From: Phoronis australis
Lineage: Eukaryota > Animalia > Phoronida
NCBI GenBank assembly: GCA_002633005.1
Contig: NMRA01000021.1
Location: 1,625,146 to 1,689,145, forward strand
Reading direction: 5' to 3'
Length of the DNA stretch: 64,000 nt
In this document: in pieces, positions 24,901 to 37,523 of the stretch
How positions within the stretch are numbered: the stretch's first letter is position 1
Layout of the letters: the number at the start of each line of letters is the position of its first letter
Notes under the pieces: generated by a model
Seen by the model: only the letters and a program-made list of their open reading frames with translations
Databases searched by the model: none
What the model was told of the DNA's origin: nothing
Position numbers and translations under genes: made by a program

Positions 24901-27900
24901 CCGCACAGCTTATGAAACATAGTCCACCCGTGCTCGTAAATCCTTTAAAATTTAAAAGCTGAATTAAGTCTGGGGAATCACAAATTGAAAGTTATATTTC
25001 GCCCTCTTTAGGTGGCTAAGAACGAAAATCGAATTAGACTGTTTACTCTCAGATGTACATTTCCGTTACCAGCAAGAACATCGGAACCATCAACGACTCT
25101 AGAAAAAGCTTCAAGAGCGCCGGTTTTTTGGGTTATGCCGATCCTAAAATTGCCGTCTTTACAAAAGGCGGATACATTAGGCATTGTCTTAGTGTGCAAA
25201 TCAACCTTTGAAGAGAGCCGAGTGTTGGTTAGCATTGCCTGTGACTTGAGTTTGCTGCTTAAATAGAATCCTGTCACGGTAAGGAGTAGTATTATGATAC
25301 CGATCCTGTGAAAACAAAAGCCCTAATTTGATTTAGCTAAACCGCAGCCACAACCATTATGTTTATTACATTGATCTTCTTCTTTGATATCAACAATACT
25401 GGCTCGGTATTTTAGCTGTCTAAACAAACGCGATTATATCATTCGATACAATTAAAAAGCACAACAGGACTGGAACGACGACCCGAACAGGGATATGACA
25501 GTACAAATGCCGGATTAACAACGTAGCAGAAATAGTATATGATTCGGGTCGTGTGCTTTTTCGGGCCCACGCTTACACTAATACTATAAGCGTATCATGT
25601 TTCCACGCCTATGGAAGCACTGACTTCAGGTGATGGGAATCCGATTTGGAAATTTTGTGTTGGGACCCCGCCATTTTCAGGATTAAGGGCGAGGAACCCC
25701 ACTGAGTTAGCGATGTTCAAAGAATTATAGGCCGGGTGTCGTAGTGCTGTGGCAAAAAACTAAAACCACGGGCCCGAAAAGTGCAGAGACCCATCAAGGC
25801 GCCGGGAATTCATTGACGTTACAGTTTGAATGGGGTTGTTACGATACAGGGCAACAAAAATTTGCAAAACTTAAATTTGCGCGAAATGTATCTAATTGAC
25901 AAAGGTAGCATTCTTGATGTTATAGTTGGCACGCGAGCGCGGGGACCCTGATTAGCAATGTGTGAATTATCATGAAATTGTCCAATTCGATCAACAGTTG
26001 GCGCCCAGAGGACACACTGTCTCATCACGAAAGAGCTTTGCATCGCTAAGGGGAAATGACACAGGTCTTGCTTTTTCTTGGAGATAGACGTTGTGTGATC
26101 ATTTGAGTTAGGGGCCCCGCGCTTCGAATAATGCTACGGGCCTCGCAATTGCTACGCTGCTTCTCTTACCCGATCCATCTAGCACCCTAAGCTGAATTGA
26201 CTTGTTTGGTATGACGTACGCTATTTTTACCATTTGGACCCATTCAAATAAAATTAAAATTCCAAACCGCCTCAAAAGCAATGAATTATAATTTGGCCGG
26301 ATTTACGTAGCGCTGAAAATTACTAGTAACCATTTCGAAAATTATTACCAGTGGCCATGGACCAGGTCTCAACTCCTCGGGACCACACCGTATGACAATG
26401 GCAGCAACCGTTGTCGGAGCACACAGATTTACCCAAACATATAATTTTGAAAAATCCAAGACCTGCAACATTTTAGAAAATATGATGTGACTGTGGATTT
26501 GTATTCCAAATTTTTTAGTCCAGATCGCGTCATAATAGTGGCAGATACGTCATCACTAAACATTTCAATACTCCGATCTGACTACGTCCACGAATGAAGT
26601 GAATTTCCGGTTATCCGCTCGACTCAGTGAGTTGTGATCGAGTGTTGTGATTATTAATTATGCCTGATTTTATTGGTTCATTTTCATTATGACATTTTTG
26701 TTCAACATGAAATTATTAAGCGAGGTTCTTGAGGTTCAGTTCCAGACAACCAGCTATTTTTCTGCAAAATTAGTCAATTGGTCAATTTTTTTTCACGCAC
26801 CGACAGGTGTCCCTGGCTGAAAGCCGGGAATTTTAGTCTAGCCTTGATCCAGTGTCAGAGACACTTTCGGCAACCCAGTGTCAATTCGATTTCTGAGCAG
26901 TAATCATCTAGAGTGAAATAAAATTAATAAAGAATACCCTGGGTAAAAGAATCCTATACTTTGTATTACCGACAGCGTACAATGTACTCGCCAATTGTCC
27001 AACTCTTGCCAGGCTGCCATTTTTATCTTTTTTCCGCTATTCCGCCACACGGAAAAATTGACATATTGTCGTATACTATTGTGATTTACCAAGCAACATA
27101 ACCCTATTTTCCCCTTTGACTAAAAGAAAAACCCGAATGTTTCATTTTTTGCAGCAACTGCGTTTCCCATTCGACTAACAAATGAAAAACCTTGTCGTGC
27201 GTTTTAGGGTGTAACCTCCTTTCGTTTTGGCAAGGACCCAGATGTAACGCTTCTTATCCGTATGCCCCGATTTTCAATCCAGTTGTCCCGTTTCTTCATT
27301 GTAGACTGTTGACAACTATGCAACAGTTGTTAAAAATAATATTGTCTTTTTGTTATAAACATTGTCACAATAAAATAAGTTATTTTAAACAGCCTACTTT
27401 CGTTAATAACGTAACAACCGTAAAATTGTGTTCCAATGGCTCTTATTTACAGCAACACACACTACACGTATCACTATCACGGATTTTTACTTTGCGAAAG
27501 AATGAGTTTATTTCTAAATTTTTTTTAAAGTCCTAAATTGCAACGATGAATGTAATAAGCTAACCGCAGATGTTTGAACATTCTATAATCTATATGAAAA
27601 ACCCTCATCTTCAAATTTCAGGTACGTATTTCGAGTAATGAGTTTATCGCATTTTTGTTACTAAAGAATGTAGTTGTTAGGCGCCACCTAAGGTCCAAAA
27701 ATATATATAGAGATGTACAGTTTTGGATGAATACCTGACGAAATTCTTCACAGCAACATCAGTCGGTTATTCCAAGGTCTCAGACGTTATTAATTTATCC
27801 ATGCTTGAATGAAACAAGAGATTACATTTTGTCACTTTCAATTATGAATCACGTTCGTTTAAACGCTATTTCTGAAATTACTAAACTGGACATTTGCAAT

Positions 27901-29831
27901 AAAATTGATTCAAACCGTGTTCTTGCATTTTTGAATTTTTCAAAAATCGAACGCTTCTGTTAATTAACTAGACAACTAATACATAAAGAGTTTCAATGTT
28001 ACACTTTTTGCTATTTGTTACATTTTTGGAAGTACTCTTACTTTTTAGACTTAAAAATATTTTTAATCTGTGAGATCTGCAAAATGATATTTTTTGTGAA
28101 GTAAATTATTTTTCTTTTGCTTCTGGTATAACCATACACCAGCAAGATCACATGGAAGATTTTTAAAGTGCTTAAAACCACTATTTATCTTATTGTGACA
28201 AGTGACTACATTGTCAGCATCATTAAACCTTCCTCTATAGTACCACATATCAAAATCGTGAATTCAATATCACAAAACAATCAACAGAAGAACAGAGACT
28301 TCAACTGAAAGTTTCTTAGCTCCACGGGCACGTATGAACGTGCCAAGAGCCAGTGTACCATGTTATGTCCACTTGAGCACGTGAGTTTCTCATGCAAACA
28401 TGTGCCATATCCGCTCTTCTCTGATGTCCCGTGAGAAAGTGAAAGAAGGCATGGTGTGGTCAAATTCAAAGTTGTCACAACCACTACAAACGCAACGCCT
28501 CGCCATTCCTTACTATACCATAAACCGAAGGAAAATGAGCAGCAATATCTGATAACCTTTCACACTAAATTAAATTCGCAATCCTCCTCTTGTTTTACTC
28601 TGCAACATAGCTCGTGGCGTACCCCGGGCAAAATAGATTACGATAAACATAATGGAGGATGGCCAGGGTTGTGATTGGTTGTCCCAATTTTAGGTAGTAA
28701 GTATCGACGAATAATTGGTCGTAACTTGACATCACCTATTTTAATCGTCAGATAGTGTCTGCTGTTGTTCAAAATTGAAAATTGATCGACTGGTTGTCGT
28801 TTTTTGGATTTTTTTTTTTGATAATGATATGACCCAATCGCCCAGGTGAACGTTTATTTTCGGCTAATCGCTCACCTGACAATTTTTCAAATTTCTATCT
28901 TTGAAAATATGTACCAGGTTATACGCTCATCCTTACTTTGTACAGCAGTCCAGACTTTTAGTTCGTTATTGCACTGCATCTTCTTGATTGCTTAAAATAG
29001 ACGCAAAAATAATAAATGGCCACTAAGCTTATGTAGAATTCGCCAGAAAAAAAATAATAGAAATCTATTTGCAAAATTTCATGAAAATCTGCCAGGAAAC
29101 TAGTGGTACATAAACATCATCTATACACGGTCTCCTTTGTATCTCTGGAAACGGAGCCTTACTCCTTTTCCCCTTCATCTCGGTCTATTCCATTATTCCC
29201 TTGTTTAGGACAACACGTCGTTTTTCCCGCCTTCGCATTCATGGTCTGCTGTTATCACGTGCCTCGAGTTTGGTCAGCTCTTGGGTCTTATAGGCTGATG
29301 ATTGTCACGTGTCTTTAACGGCGTTTTTCATTGTTACTGTAACCTCGCTTTCAGTTCATTTTGTTCCGGCCACATTGTTGTATGTCAAAAACTCATTCAA
29401 TTTTCCCACCCTCTTCCTCCCAGTTTTCGTCATTTTCTCGTACTTCCACGTTGCCGGCGCCAGAGATTTACCTATTATACGTAATTTACCTGTATTCATT
29501 TTCATTGTTATTGTACTAGTCATAATAAGTGACCTTACATCGCCTACCTCGGTCTCCTTTTCATCTCTGGTAACGAGCTTGCGACCCACGTATCATTTAT
29601 CTATTATTTGGGACATATGTCGATCATAAACATCATTACGACTGCCACATTCCATTCATAAAGCAGCACGTAATAAACATTTGAATACATAATATGCATC
29701 GTGTGACAACAGGTATAGGTTTAACGAGTCTCTTATGCAATAAAAGGCATTGCGTTAGCTTGTTTTAAAGACATTCTTGTGAAACTGATGACAGAATCGT
29801 TTTGTGTCCGAGTTATATCCATGAGCAAGCG

Positions 29832-30818
29832 ATGATAAATTTTACGAACACTTCAGAACAGCAGGTGCCATGGTACGCACAAGAGACTATTCCCGACAGC
29901 GTCCTAACTTTACACATGGTGTTTGAACTTTTAATAATTTGTGCGGCTGTTTTCGGAAACTCTTTAGTGGTTGGATCGTACATGAAAAGTGTTGAAATAC
30001 GTGAGGAGCCAAGCAACGTATTTATTGTTTCGCTAGCTATTGTGGACTTAACAACCGCCCTACTTGGTATTCCCGTCAATGTTCTACAAAAATTTATCAC
30101 CCCGCTATTCTGGCGAAGCATGCCCGTTGAGACCCTGACAAGTTTCGAGATGTGCGTCTCTGCAATTTGCGCCAAGTCATTTCCGATCGGAGTTGCATAT
30201 ATCATTCTTGTAACTATTGCCATAGACCGCTTCATCTTTGTCGCCTTCCCGCTGCGCTATGGCGTCATTGTGACCCATCGAAAATGCTTCCTGATGGTAA
30301 TTGTCGCTTTTTTTTACCAAACGGTTTTCATAATCTGGATGGCATCAGCAGCTTCCAAAGAAACATACAATTCAGTCGCTGATCGATGTGTATTAAATAA
30401 AATCTACCATAGAGACAGCAACAGAGCCATCGGGTTTACATTTGGAACGCTCATTCCAATCATTCTAATAATCTCGTTACATTCGTCAGTTGCCGCTATC
30501 GCCTACCGAAAACAAAAGAGTGTGGTAACTCCGGGGGGATTTGTTGGTCCAGCTGAAGTGAGAGGATTCAAGATTACATTTTTTATGCTCCGTCTCGTCG
30601 TTGTATTTCTGCTGTGCAATTTACCAGCTCTTATTGCCTTCATGGTCCCATTGACAGACGAAGTGCCTTGGTGGGTCAATTCTGTTAAAAACTTTGTTAT
30701 TGAACTGGCCTTTTTAAACTCAGCATTGAACCCGATTGTTTACACGCGCTCGGCAAAGACATTTTCCAAAGAGTTTAAAAAACTTCTGCGTATTAAACCT
30801 ACCGAAGTAGCAAACTAA
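29832..30818 (+). CDS. Intronless class A (rhodopsin-like) orphan GPCR, paralogue 1, 328 aa
   Basis: Seven hydrophobic segments; TM1 FGNSLV, TM2 SLAIVD, TM3 Cys and AIDRF, ICL2 PLRY, TM6 FLLCNLP, TM7 NSALNPIVY, helix 8 F..EFKKLL; N-terminal N-x-T/S sequons. First in-frame ATG at 29832 aligns with the paralogue 2 start. Confidence 0.93.
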   Translation: MINFTNTSEQQVPWYAQETIPDSVLTLHMVFELLIICAAVFGNSLVVGSYMKSVEIREEPSNVFIVSLAIVDLTTALLGIPVNVLQKFITPLFWRSMPVETLTSFEMCVSAICAKSFPIGVAYIILVTIAIDRFIFVAFPLRYGVIVTHRKCFLMVIVAFFYQTVFIIWMASAASKETYNSVADRCVLNKIYHRDSNRAIGFTFGTLIPIILIISLHSSVAAIAYRKQKSVVTPGGFVGPAEVRGFKITFFMLRLVVVFLLCNLPALIAFMVPLTDEVPWWVNSVKNFVIELAFLNSALNPIVYTRSAKTFSKEFKKLLRIKPTEVAN

Positions 30819-31009
30819 TGAATTGCATCATGGTAATTTGGTTGTATTTTGTTCTGATCCGTAGACAGTTTCGTTTTACGACCGAAATACGAGTTTTGGG
30901 GGTTATTGTTGGATGGGGCTTGACGTTTTGAAGTTATTAGCTTTGACCAGAGCTTCAAAACAATAAAATCTGTTATGTTTTTGTGATTATATTAGTGCAG
31001 TGGTCGAAG

Positions 31010-31790
31010 TGAGGCAAGAGAAGATTTGTAGATAGTTTCCAGGTGGCTAATAGTTACTGTTTTTTGAGGATTTCTTCATTTTCTTGAACTGTTCAGAGTT
31101 TGCAGTGATTGGTTAAAATTAACCCATTGTCTAGCTCGATGCTGAGATGTTTGTGAAGTTGTTTCACTGGTATATGGTTTCCAAAAATTGACAACTTTTG
31201 CGTATTGTCTGGTGGTGAGAGGAACGTTACGCCGGCACTTTTCTCGGTCTTAGACTTAACCGTCCATTTTGGTGCCTATTGTTGAAGTTCATATAATTCG
31301 TGTTGAAGGCATGTACTTAAATTTGCATTGTGTTTGGAAAATGGTAAAAAATAGATGTGTAGAGGTATGGTTTTGCGTCAAGTGCATCAGGAAGGCCGTT
31401 AATGTACGCAAGGAAAGAAGACAGCCGAGGAACTCCCGGGCATTGCGCTTATCCGGTGTCTGATGTTCTGAAGTCTCACCGTCTATCCAGACACGGTTAA
31501 TTGCGCGGTTAGACAAGTATGATTTTGAGAGGGTGTGTAATGTTCCACTCATTCCATAAGACGACAGCTTAATGAGAAGAAAATCACAGTGAACTACGTC
31601 AAACTCCGAAGTCATGTCAAGAAAAGCTGATCGGATTAAATTTATGCAGAACAGTGCGACAAGGAGTGCTGAGGATGTTCTTATTTTGGAAAGGATTGCA
31701 AACCACAGTATCTAATCAGAAGGGTCTAGAAGACCGTTGATGCAAAGTAAGAATAAGAGGGGGCCAAGTACGCTACCTTCGAGTGCTCCA
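31010..31790 (-). mobile_element. Decayed CR1/L2-group LINE reverse transcriptase fragments
   Basis: LDMTSEFDVVHCDFLLIKLSSYGMSG...SYLSNR..RVWIDG (~31480-31625) and [18 protein letters not shown] (~31735-31790); broken and rearranged. Confidence 0.75.
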
Positions 31791-34262
31791 ACATCATGAC
31801 TCAGCTGGGAGAAGGGGAGACAAGACACTAACAATGCCGACTTTAGTACTATATGCGAGATACGACTGTAGAAGTTGGAAGAGGGAGCTTGGTAAAACCA
31901 TGGGGAAGGACATCAAGTGTTGACGCAATGTTTAAAGATACAGATCTTGCGTCATTTTAGTTGCTCAAAATGCACGTGAATTTTATGTTCAATCTTTGAG
32001 ATAAGATGCAAAAATATTTGTTGGGAAATAATTTTATGTAATATTTTGGACTTCCTCTGTTTTACTGGTATCATGTGTTACTCCAAATTTTCAATACAGA
32101 GGAAATTCTTCGTAATATTTTGTTGTATAGTGTTAATTGTTATTAGCCGAACCGATGTAAATCAACAAAACGTTGACAATGACGAGTATCATTGCAATCA
32201 AGACTTCGTGCTTCGTTGAAAACTCCCACTGTAAAACAATAGAGCCTAATGACAAGGCCATGCCGATAATGACATAGGATAATGATCCTATGTATAGTAG
32301 GTCTAACTAATCGTTCTCAATCAGAAATAAGAAATGAATAGACGCACCGTAATATACTAGGGCACAGAGCGATGGACAATCATCTCCAGTTCGTACAAAA
32401 GTATATCATAAATGCTAAAAATGAAACTTCGATTTCGAGTTTAATGATTGGCCCCCGAGACATGTTAGGTGTAATTTTGCAAATTTGAAAATTCTCTCCT
32501 GTCATTATGGAAATAATCTATTTTTTCCAGTCCTGTTAATCCAAAAGCCATATATGGCCACAAAGCCACTGAATCCCACATACAATTCCAGATCTCTTTT
32601 GCGTCTCCCATGGCACAAGAGTGGCCCATAAATCAATCAGAACAACTTTACGGCACCTACTGGCCTCGGGCTCTTGTTGCAATCTAATCATCGAATATAA
32701 TAGCGGTGGACACGGAGGATTGTTGTTCCATGAACAACCCTGCCCATGTGGCACATACTGAGCTACAACACCACGTTTCTTATAATATCTCTTTTTATCA
32801 CTCCGACTGGTCTGCTCACTCAGCTTGTCCGGAACCTGCTTTGCAGGTTGTAATAGCCCAGTTGGCTGTTTGGTGTACCCACTTGGTACTTTATATGATA
32901 TTTGCCCATTTGGCAGTTTGTACCCACTTGGTACTTGTTATTGAATTTGCCCTTTTATTCGACCTAGTTGGTAGGCAATCGGCCAATACCCATTTGGTAC
33001 TATGCTAACCCGTGCCACTTAGTATCCGATATTCAATTACACTTTGGGTATCGGAAATGTGTGTGTTATCTCTTGTAATTAAGGAACCCATCTGGTTCCT
33101 TCTGTGAAATATTTATTTGTAGAAATGTGACTCTGAAATTCCCAATACAACTTGAAATATATATTATTCTTGTTGCTTTATTTGTCCCCAACAATACAGG
33201 TGTCACCAACTATACAGCAATACGAGCTATCCTTTGCTTGAATACGAAATGAACATATGTACATGTTGACTATATAAGATCTTTTTCCTCCATAATCATA
33301 AGTCTGTTGAATTTTGTAACACAGGCATGTAGCTCCATACCGTTTCCAAAAATCATCGTAGAATGGACATTCTGTAACAAAATGATATTCTGACTCGACA
33401 CATGGCCTAACACAGAGAGGTCATAATCTTTCTGGTCTGCTAAGTTTTAAGGGTCTACCCTTTTCAGTCATTAGTGCATGCGCTACTTGTCCACCCTCAG
33501 GATTGTTGGCGGAATTGTGTGCGGTAAGCAGCGTGAGGAAGTGAATTGCGAGGCTATGTACATGTATGTTGGATAAACAAAACATCCGTTAAAAAACGCA
33601 GGTACCAACGTAGAAGGGCTGCTGGTGAGCGTGTGTAGTGTGTGCAGTGTTAAACAACCTTCAGACAAGAGGTTATTGTGACCGTTCATTGCAAAGCTGT
33701 CCACCCATTTCAGACCCCGTACCTGCCGGTCACCAACCATTTCGCATTTGCTCCCCCCCACTCCTCCCACCGACCTAGCATTGCTCAAATCGAAAATGGT
33801 TTGACTGCATTCGTGTTGGCAACGTTTTTCAAAAAGCAGTGCTGTTTTGAACAACTTAGGATTTGAAGCTAACCTTGGTAACAATGTAGGCTTAAGTATG
33901 ATTGCTTTTTACTAGGCCTTGTAGAACGTCAGACAGAGAGCTGACGATTCAGAGTTCTAAACGTGTTTTTGCATTTATTCCATTAGAAACACGTCAAATG
34001 ACCACAAAAATAAACTTCTTTGTGCTAACTTGCGATGTTTTATTAATAATGTGTCGTGTACAAACCTCAATTCTTCCATTTTCTGGATTCGCACCTCTCG
34101 AATGATTGATTTTTTACACACCATGAGAGAGACAATCCTGAGGCTGAATACGCTAGTAATTATGTTAAAATCTAGCTATAGGTGTCTGTGTTGTCGTGTC
34201 CATGAACTTCGGTAAAAAGTGCTTAGACAAAATCAATCGACTGAGCGTTTCGTCTAAGAGCC

Positions 34263-34270
34263 TATTTAAA
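34263..34270 (+). promoter_or_regulatory. TATA-like box TATTTAAA upstream of GPCR paralogue 2
   Basis: 75 bp upstream of ATG 34338; CCTATTTAAAG conserved in the paralogue 3 promoter, where it is split by a transposon. Confidence 0.4.
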
Positions 34271-34337
34271 GCCACTGCAAACACAGTAGTTACAGAGGAA
34301 TCGTAAGCTGAAGTCTAGGGAGGTCTGTATACCTGAA

Positions 34338-35327
34338 ATGGCAGTTATGAACTACACGAATACTTCAGAGACGCAAACACCATGGTACACGCAAGAGACC
34401 ATTCCTGATGGCGTTCTAGTTGTACACATGATACTTGAAATGTTAATAATAGTTGCGGCTGTTTTTGGCAACTCGTTGGTGATTGGAGCATACGTTGTGA
34501 GCGTGACAATACGTATGGAACCAAGCAATGTATTCATTATTTCGTTGGCTGTTGTGGATTTAACAACAGCGCTAGTTGGTGTCCCCGTAAATATTTTACA
34601 AAGGTTTATCATTCCGCTTTTCTGGAGAAGCTTGCCCATTGACGCCCTGACGAGCTTTGAGATGTGTATCTTTGCAATATGCATCAAGTCTTTTCCCATC
34701 GCAGTTGGATATAACGTTCTTGTCGCAATAGCCGTGGACCGACTCCTTTTTATCGTTTTCCCACTGCGCTACGCGGTTATCGTGACGCGTCAAAAATGCT
34801 TGCTCATGATAGCGGTCGCATTCGTTTACCAAGCAGTAAATATTATCTGGCTGGCATCTGCCGCTTCCAGAAACAATTACAGTCCAGCCGAGGACAGGTG
34901 TGAACTCAGTGAAATATATCGTCAAGTGGGAAACAGAGTCAGAGGATTTACATTTGGAACGTTCATTCCAATTTTTCTGATAATCTCGCTTCACTCCACA
35001 GCTGCTCTTATTGCATACCGGAAGAAAAGGAGTGACGTGGCATCTGCAGGATATGTTCAACCGTCTCAAGCGAGAGGTTACAAGTTTATGCTACGGATCG
35101 TTGTGTTATTTCTTATTTGCAATTTGCCAGTTATTTTTGTTTTGACCGTTTCAAAGACAAACGAGATCCCTTGGTGGATGATTTATGTTAGATACGTTTT
35201 TGTTGAGCTGACGTTTTTTAACTCGGCCCTAAACCCGCTTGTCTATGCAAAGTCCATAAAGGAATTTTCCAACGAATTTAAAAAACTTTTGCGCGTTACA
35301 AGAACTCCAGAAACAAATCCGATTTAG
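34338..35327 (+). CDS. Intronless class A (rhodopsin-like) orphan GPCR, paralogue 2, 329 aa
   Basis: Colinear with paralogue 1: FGNSLV, SLAVVD, AVDRL, PLRY, FLICNLP, NSALNPLVY, FSNEFKKLL; start context gaaATGG. Confidence 0.95.
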   Translation: MAVMNYTNTSETQTPWYTQETIPDGVLVVHMILEMLIIVAAVFGNSLVIGAYVVSVTIRMEPSNVFIISLAVVDLTTALVGVPVNILQRFIIPLFWRSLPIDALTSFEMCIFAICIKSFPIAVGYNVLVAIAVDRLLFIVFPLRYAVIVTRQKCLLMIAVAFVYQAVNIIWLASAASRNNYSPAEDRCELSEIYRQVGNRVRGFTFGTFIPIFLIISLHSTAALIAYRKKRSDVASAGYVQPSQARGYKFMLRIVVLFLICNLPVIFVLTVSKTNEIPWWMIYVRYVFVELTFFNSALNPLVYAKSIKEFSNEFKKLLRVTRTPETNPI

Positions 35328-36976
35328 TAAAGTGGCAGAGTGGATTATTTTTGTATAATTGAGTTGTTTTGTTTTGATTGACTAATTTTTCATGATGACG
35401 TCGTTTTCGTTTTTTTTTTTTCGTTATCATGGTTCGTAACATTATTTCTGTACGCATCTATGTACGCATAAAATTGCTCACGTGCAATTTACTTTGTAAC
35501 TGGTTGAAGTGGGCTTGTGGTTGTTGGAGGCTGGTAAGTTCGATATACAGCCAGAACATATCATATAGAGAGAGGGAGATAAACTTGTTTATTGAGACAA
35601 ATGCAGTGTTCAAATATAGCGCACATTATTGACAATATGATCATTTTCATACCAGACAGATTTAAAAAATATTTTTAATTCTAATAACCAAGAGTGTTAC
35701 CAAAATGTGAAGAATAACAGGATGTAATAGTAACAAAAATGAAATTATCCAGAGAGGTTATATAAATGACTAATTGAACCTGGAGGAAACATTTTCAATG
35801 ATTCAAAATATTAATTGTACTCTACAAAAACGAGAATATGCATCGGTCACAGTTCCTGTCAGGCATTCATCCAAAATTGCACATCTTTATAAATTAAATA
35901 AACCTTAGGTGTCGTTTGAGACAATTGTCTTATCTGGAAAACTCAAAATGTGATAAACTAATTACTCCAATTATCTATCCAAACTTTGCATATAAAGATT
36001 TCTGATCAATAAAAAATGGGCAAACATCTATTATGCAGCTTTAAAATGTACTGTGGACAGCCCATAACATTGGTTGCAGTGTAAGACTTTCCATAGAAGT
36101 TTAGAAATATGCTCTTTTCTTCTGAAAGTAAAAATTTGTGATCCTGATGCATGAAAAGTATGTTACCGTAAGCAGGAGACATTGGAATACATTTTACGAT
36201 TGTTATATGAAAAAAGAAAGTAAACACTGGAAAATAACAATATTCACAACAAAGGGATAATATGTTCATTTGAACACCCTTTACCATTGTTGTCATCGTA
36301 AACCTTAGAGAATGGAACAGCGGGACATCTGGATTAAAAAACGGACTCCCGGATAAAAAGCAGGAGATTTGGGTCCAAGCCAAAGCACAAGGGTTACATA
36401 TTCGCCTCAACACACAAAAAAATCCCCACTGCGTTTTTTGACGAACGGGAGACGTAACACCTAAATGTGCCCGACGGCATTTTTGGTCTTTTTTAAGTCG
36501 AATGGGAATTTTCGGGCGCCGCAAAAGCCCATGAAACGTCACGCATTTCAATTGAACGCAAAAATATAGCTATGTCGTGTAGGAAAATTTGATAGTATAT
36601 GGTATATTATAATATATCAGTTTTATTTCGCGGGTAAAGGTAAATACTATAGAAAACAGTGCTGCCCAGAAATCGAATTAAAAACGGCATCAGGGTAACA
36701 GGTAGCCCTTTTTACAAATGAATTATTATAGTTTTCGAAAGTTACATAAACACACATGTCAGTAAGCCTTAAACTTTTCATTTATAATTGCAGAACAAAC
36801 ACTCAGAAACCAAATGTCACGTAAAAGACTATAACATAATTTTAACACCCATCACTCTATACCATATACGTCGAAGAATTCCTGGGTCAACATTTTATCG
36901 TTACGTAGTAGTCCTGCATTTGATAATTTCGTACGCACAAGAACCTAAGATCGCTTGATAACGAAATTACATTCAC

Positions 36977-37166
36977 TAATAAAAATAACAACAGATTTAA
37001 GCCGGCTTGACATGTTTCGGCGTTTATTGAAACACCACTATCAGAAGAGTAAAAACACAGCGGCCACTGTTGTTGGGCCTAACGAGGTGGCTATTGTGTT
37101 TTTTTCTTCTGATGATCAATAAACGCCGAAACATGTCAAACCGGTTTAAATCCGTTGTTTTTATTA
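36977..37166. mobile_element. Inverted pair of Penelope-like element termini, each with a degenerate minimal hammerhead ribozyme motif
   Basis: ~90-bp inverted arms. Minus arm (37047-37006): CTT CTGATAGT GGTGTTT caat AAACGCC GAAAC ATGTC AAG. Plus arm (37106-37140): CTT CTGATGAT caat AAACGCC GAAAC ATGTC AAA. Confidence 0.6.
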
Positions 37167-37227
37167 ACACGTGCTGCTACTTGCTATCATGGAGAAATTA
37201 CATTTCGTTACAACTTAACTATGCACN

Positions 37228-37523
37228 ATTTCGTACGCACAAGAACCTAAGATCGCTTGATAACGAAATTACATTCACTAATAAAAATAACAACAGATTT
37301 AAGCCGGCTTGACATGTTTCGGCGTTTATTGAAACACCACTATCAGAAGAGTAAAAACACAGCGGCCACTGTTGTTGGGCCTAACGAGGTGGCTATTGTG
37401 TTTTTTTCTTCTGATGATCAATAAACGCCGAAACATGTCAAACCGGTTTAAATCCGTTCTTGTTTTTATTAACACGTGCTGCTACTTGCTATCATGGAGA
37501 AATTACATTTCGTTACAACTTAA
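37228..37523 (+). repeat. Near-exact tandem copy of ~36926-37220 across a contig join (probable assembly overlap)
   Basis: Almost identical ~295-bp repeat starting immediately after N at 37227; differs by a 3-bp indel. Confidence 0.85.

Noticed and set aside
26970-27020. Minus-strand aaaATGGCAGCC...TCG|gtaata as a first exon (MAAWQELDNWRVHCTLS)
   Set aside because: No downstream exons or recognisable homology; such starts are common in transposon debris.
32721-33193. Possible solo LTR (TGTTG...CAACA ends, internal GTACCCACTTGGTACT sub-repeats)
   Set aside because: No target-site duplication and no second copy or internal domain in the window; cannot be supported.
29813-35069. Antisense ORFs at 29813-30235, 34352-34699 and 34596-35069
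   Set aside because: Shadows of the GPCR coding strands; their similarity to each other is explained by GPCR paralogy.
37228-37523. Tandem duplication of the hammerhead-containing palindrome as a retrozyme-like array
   Set aside because: The repeat starts exactly at an N join and is nearly identical, so it is more likely an unmerged contig overlap.
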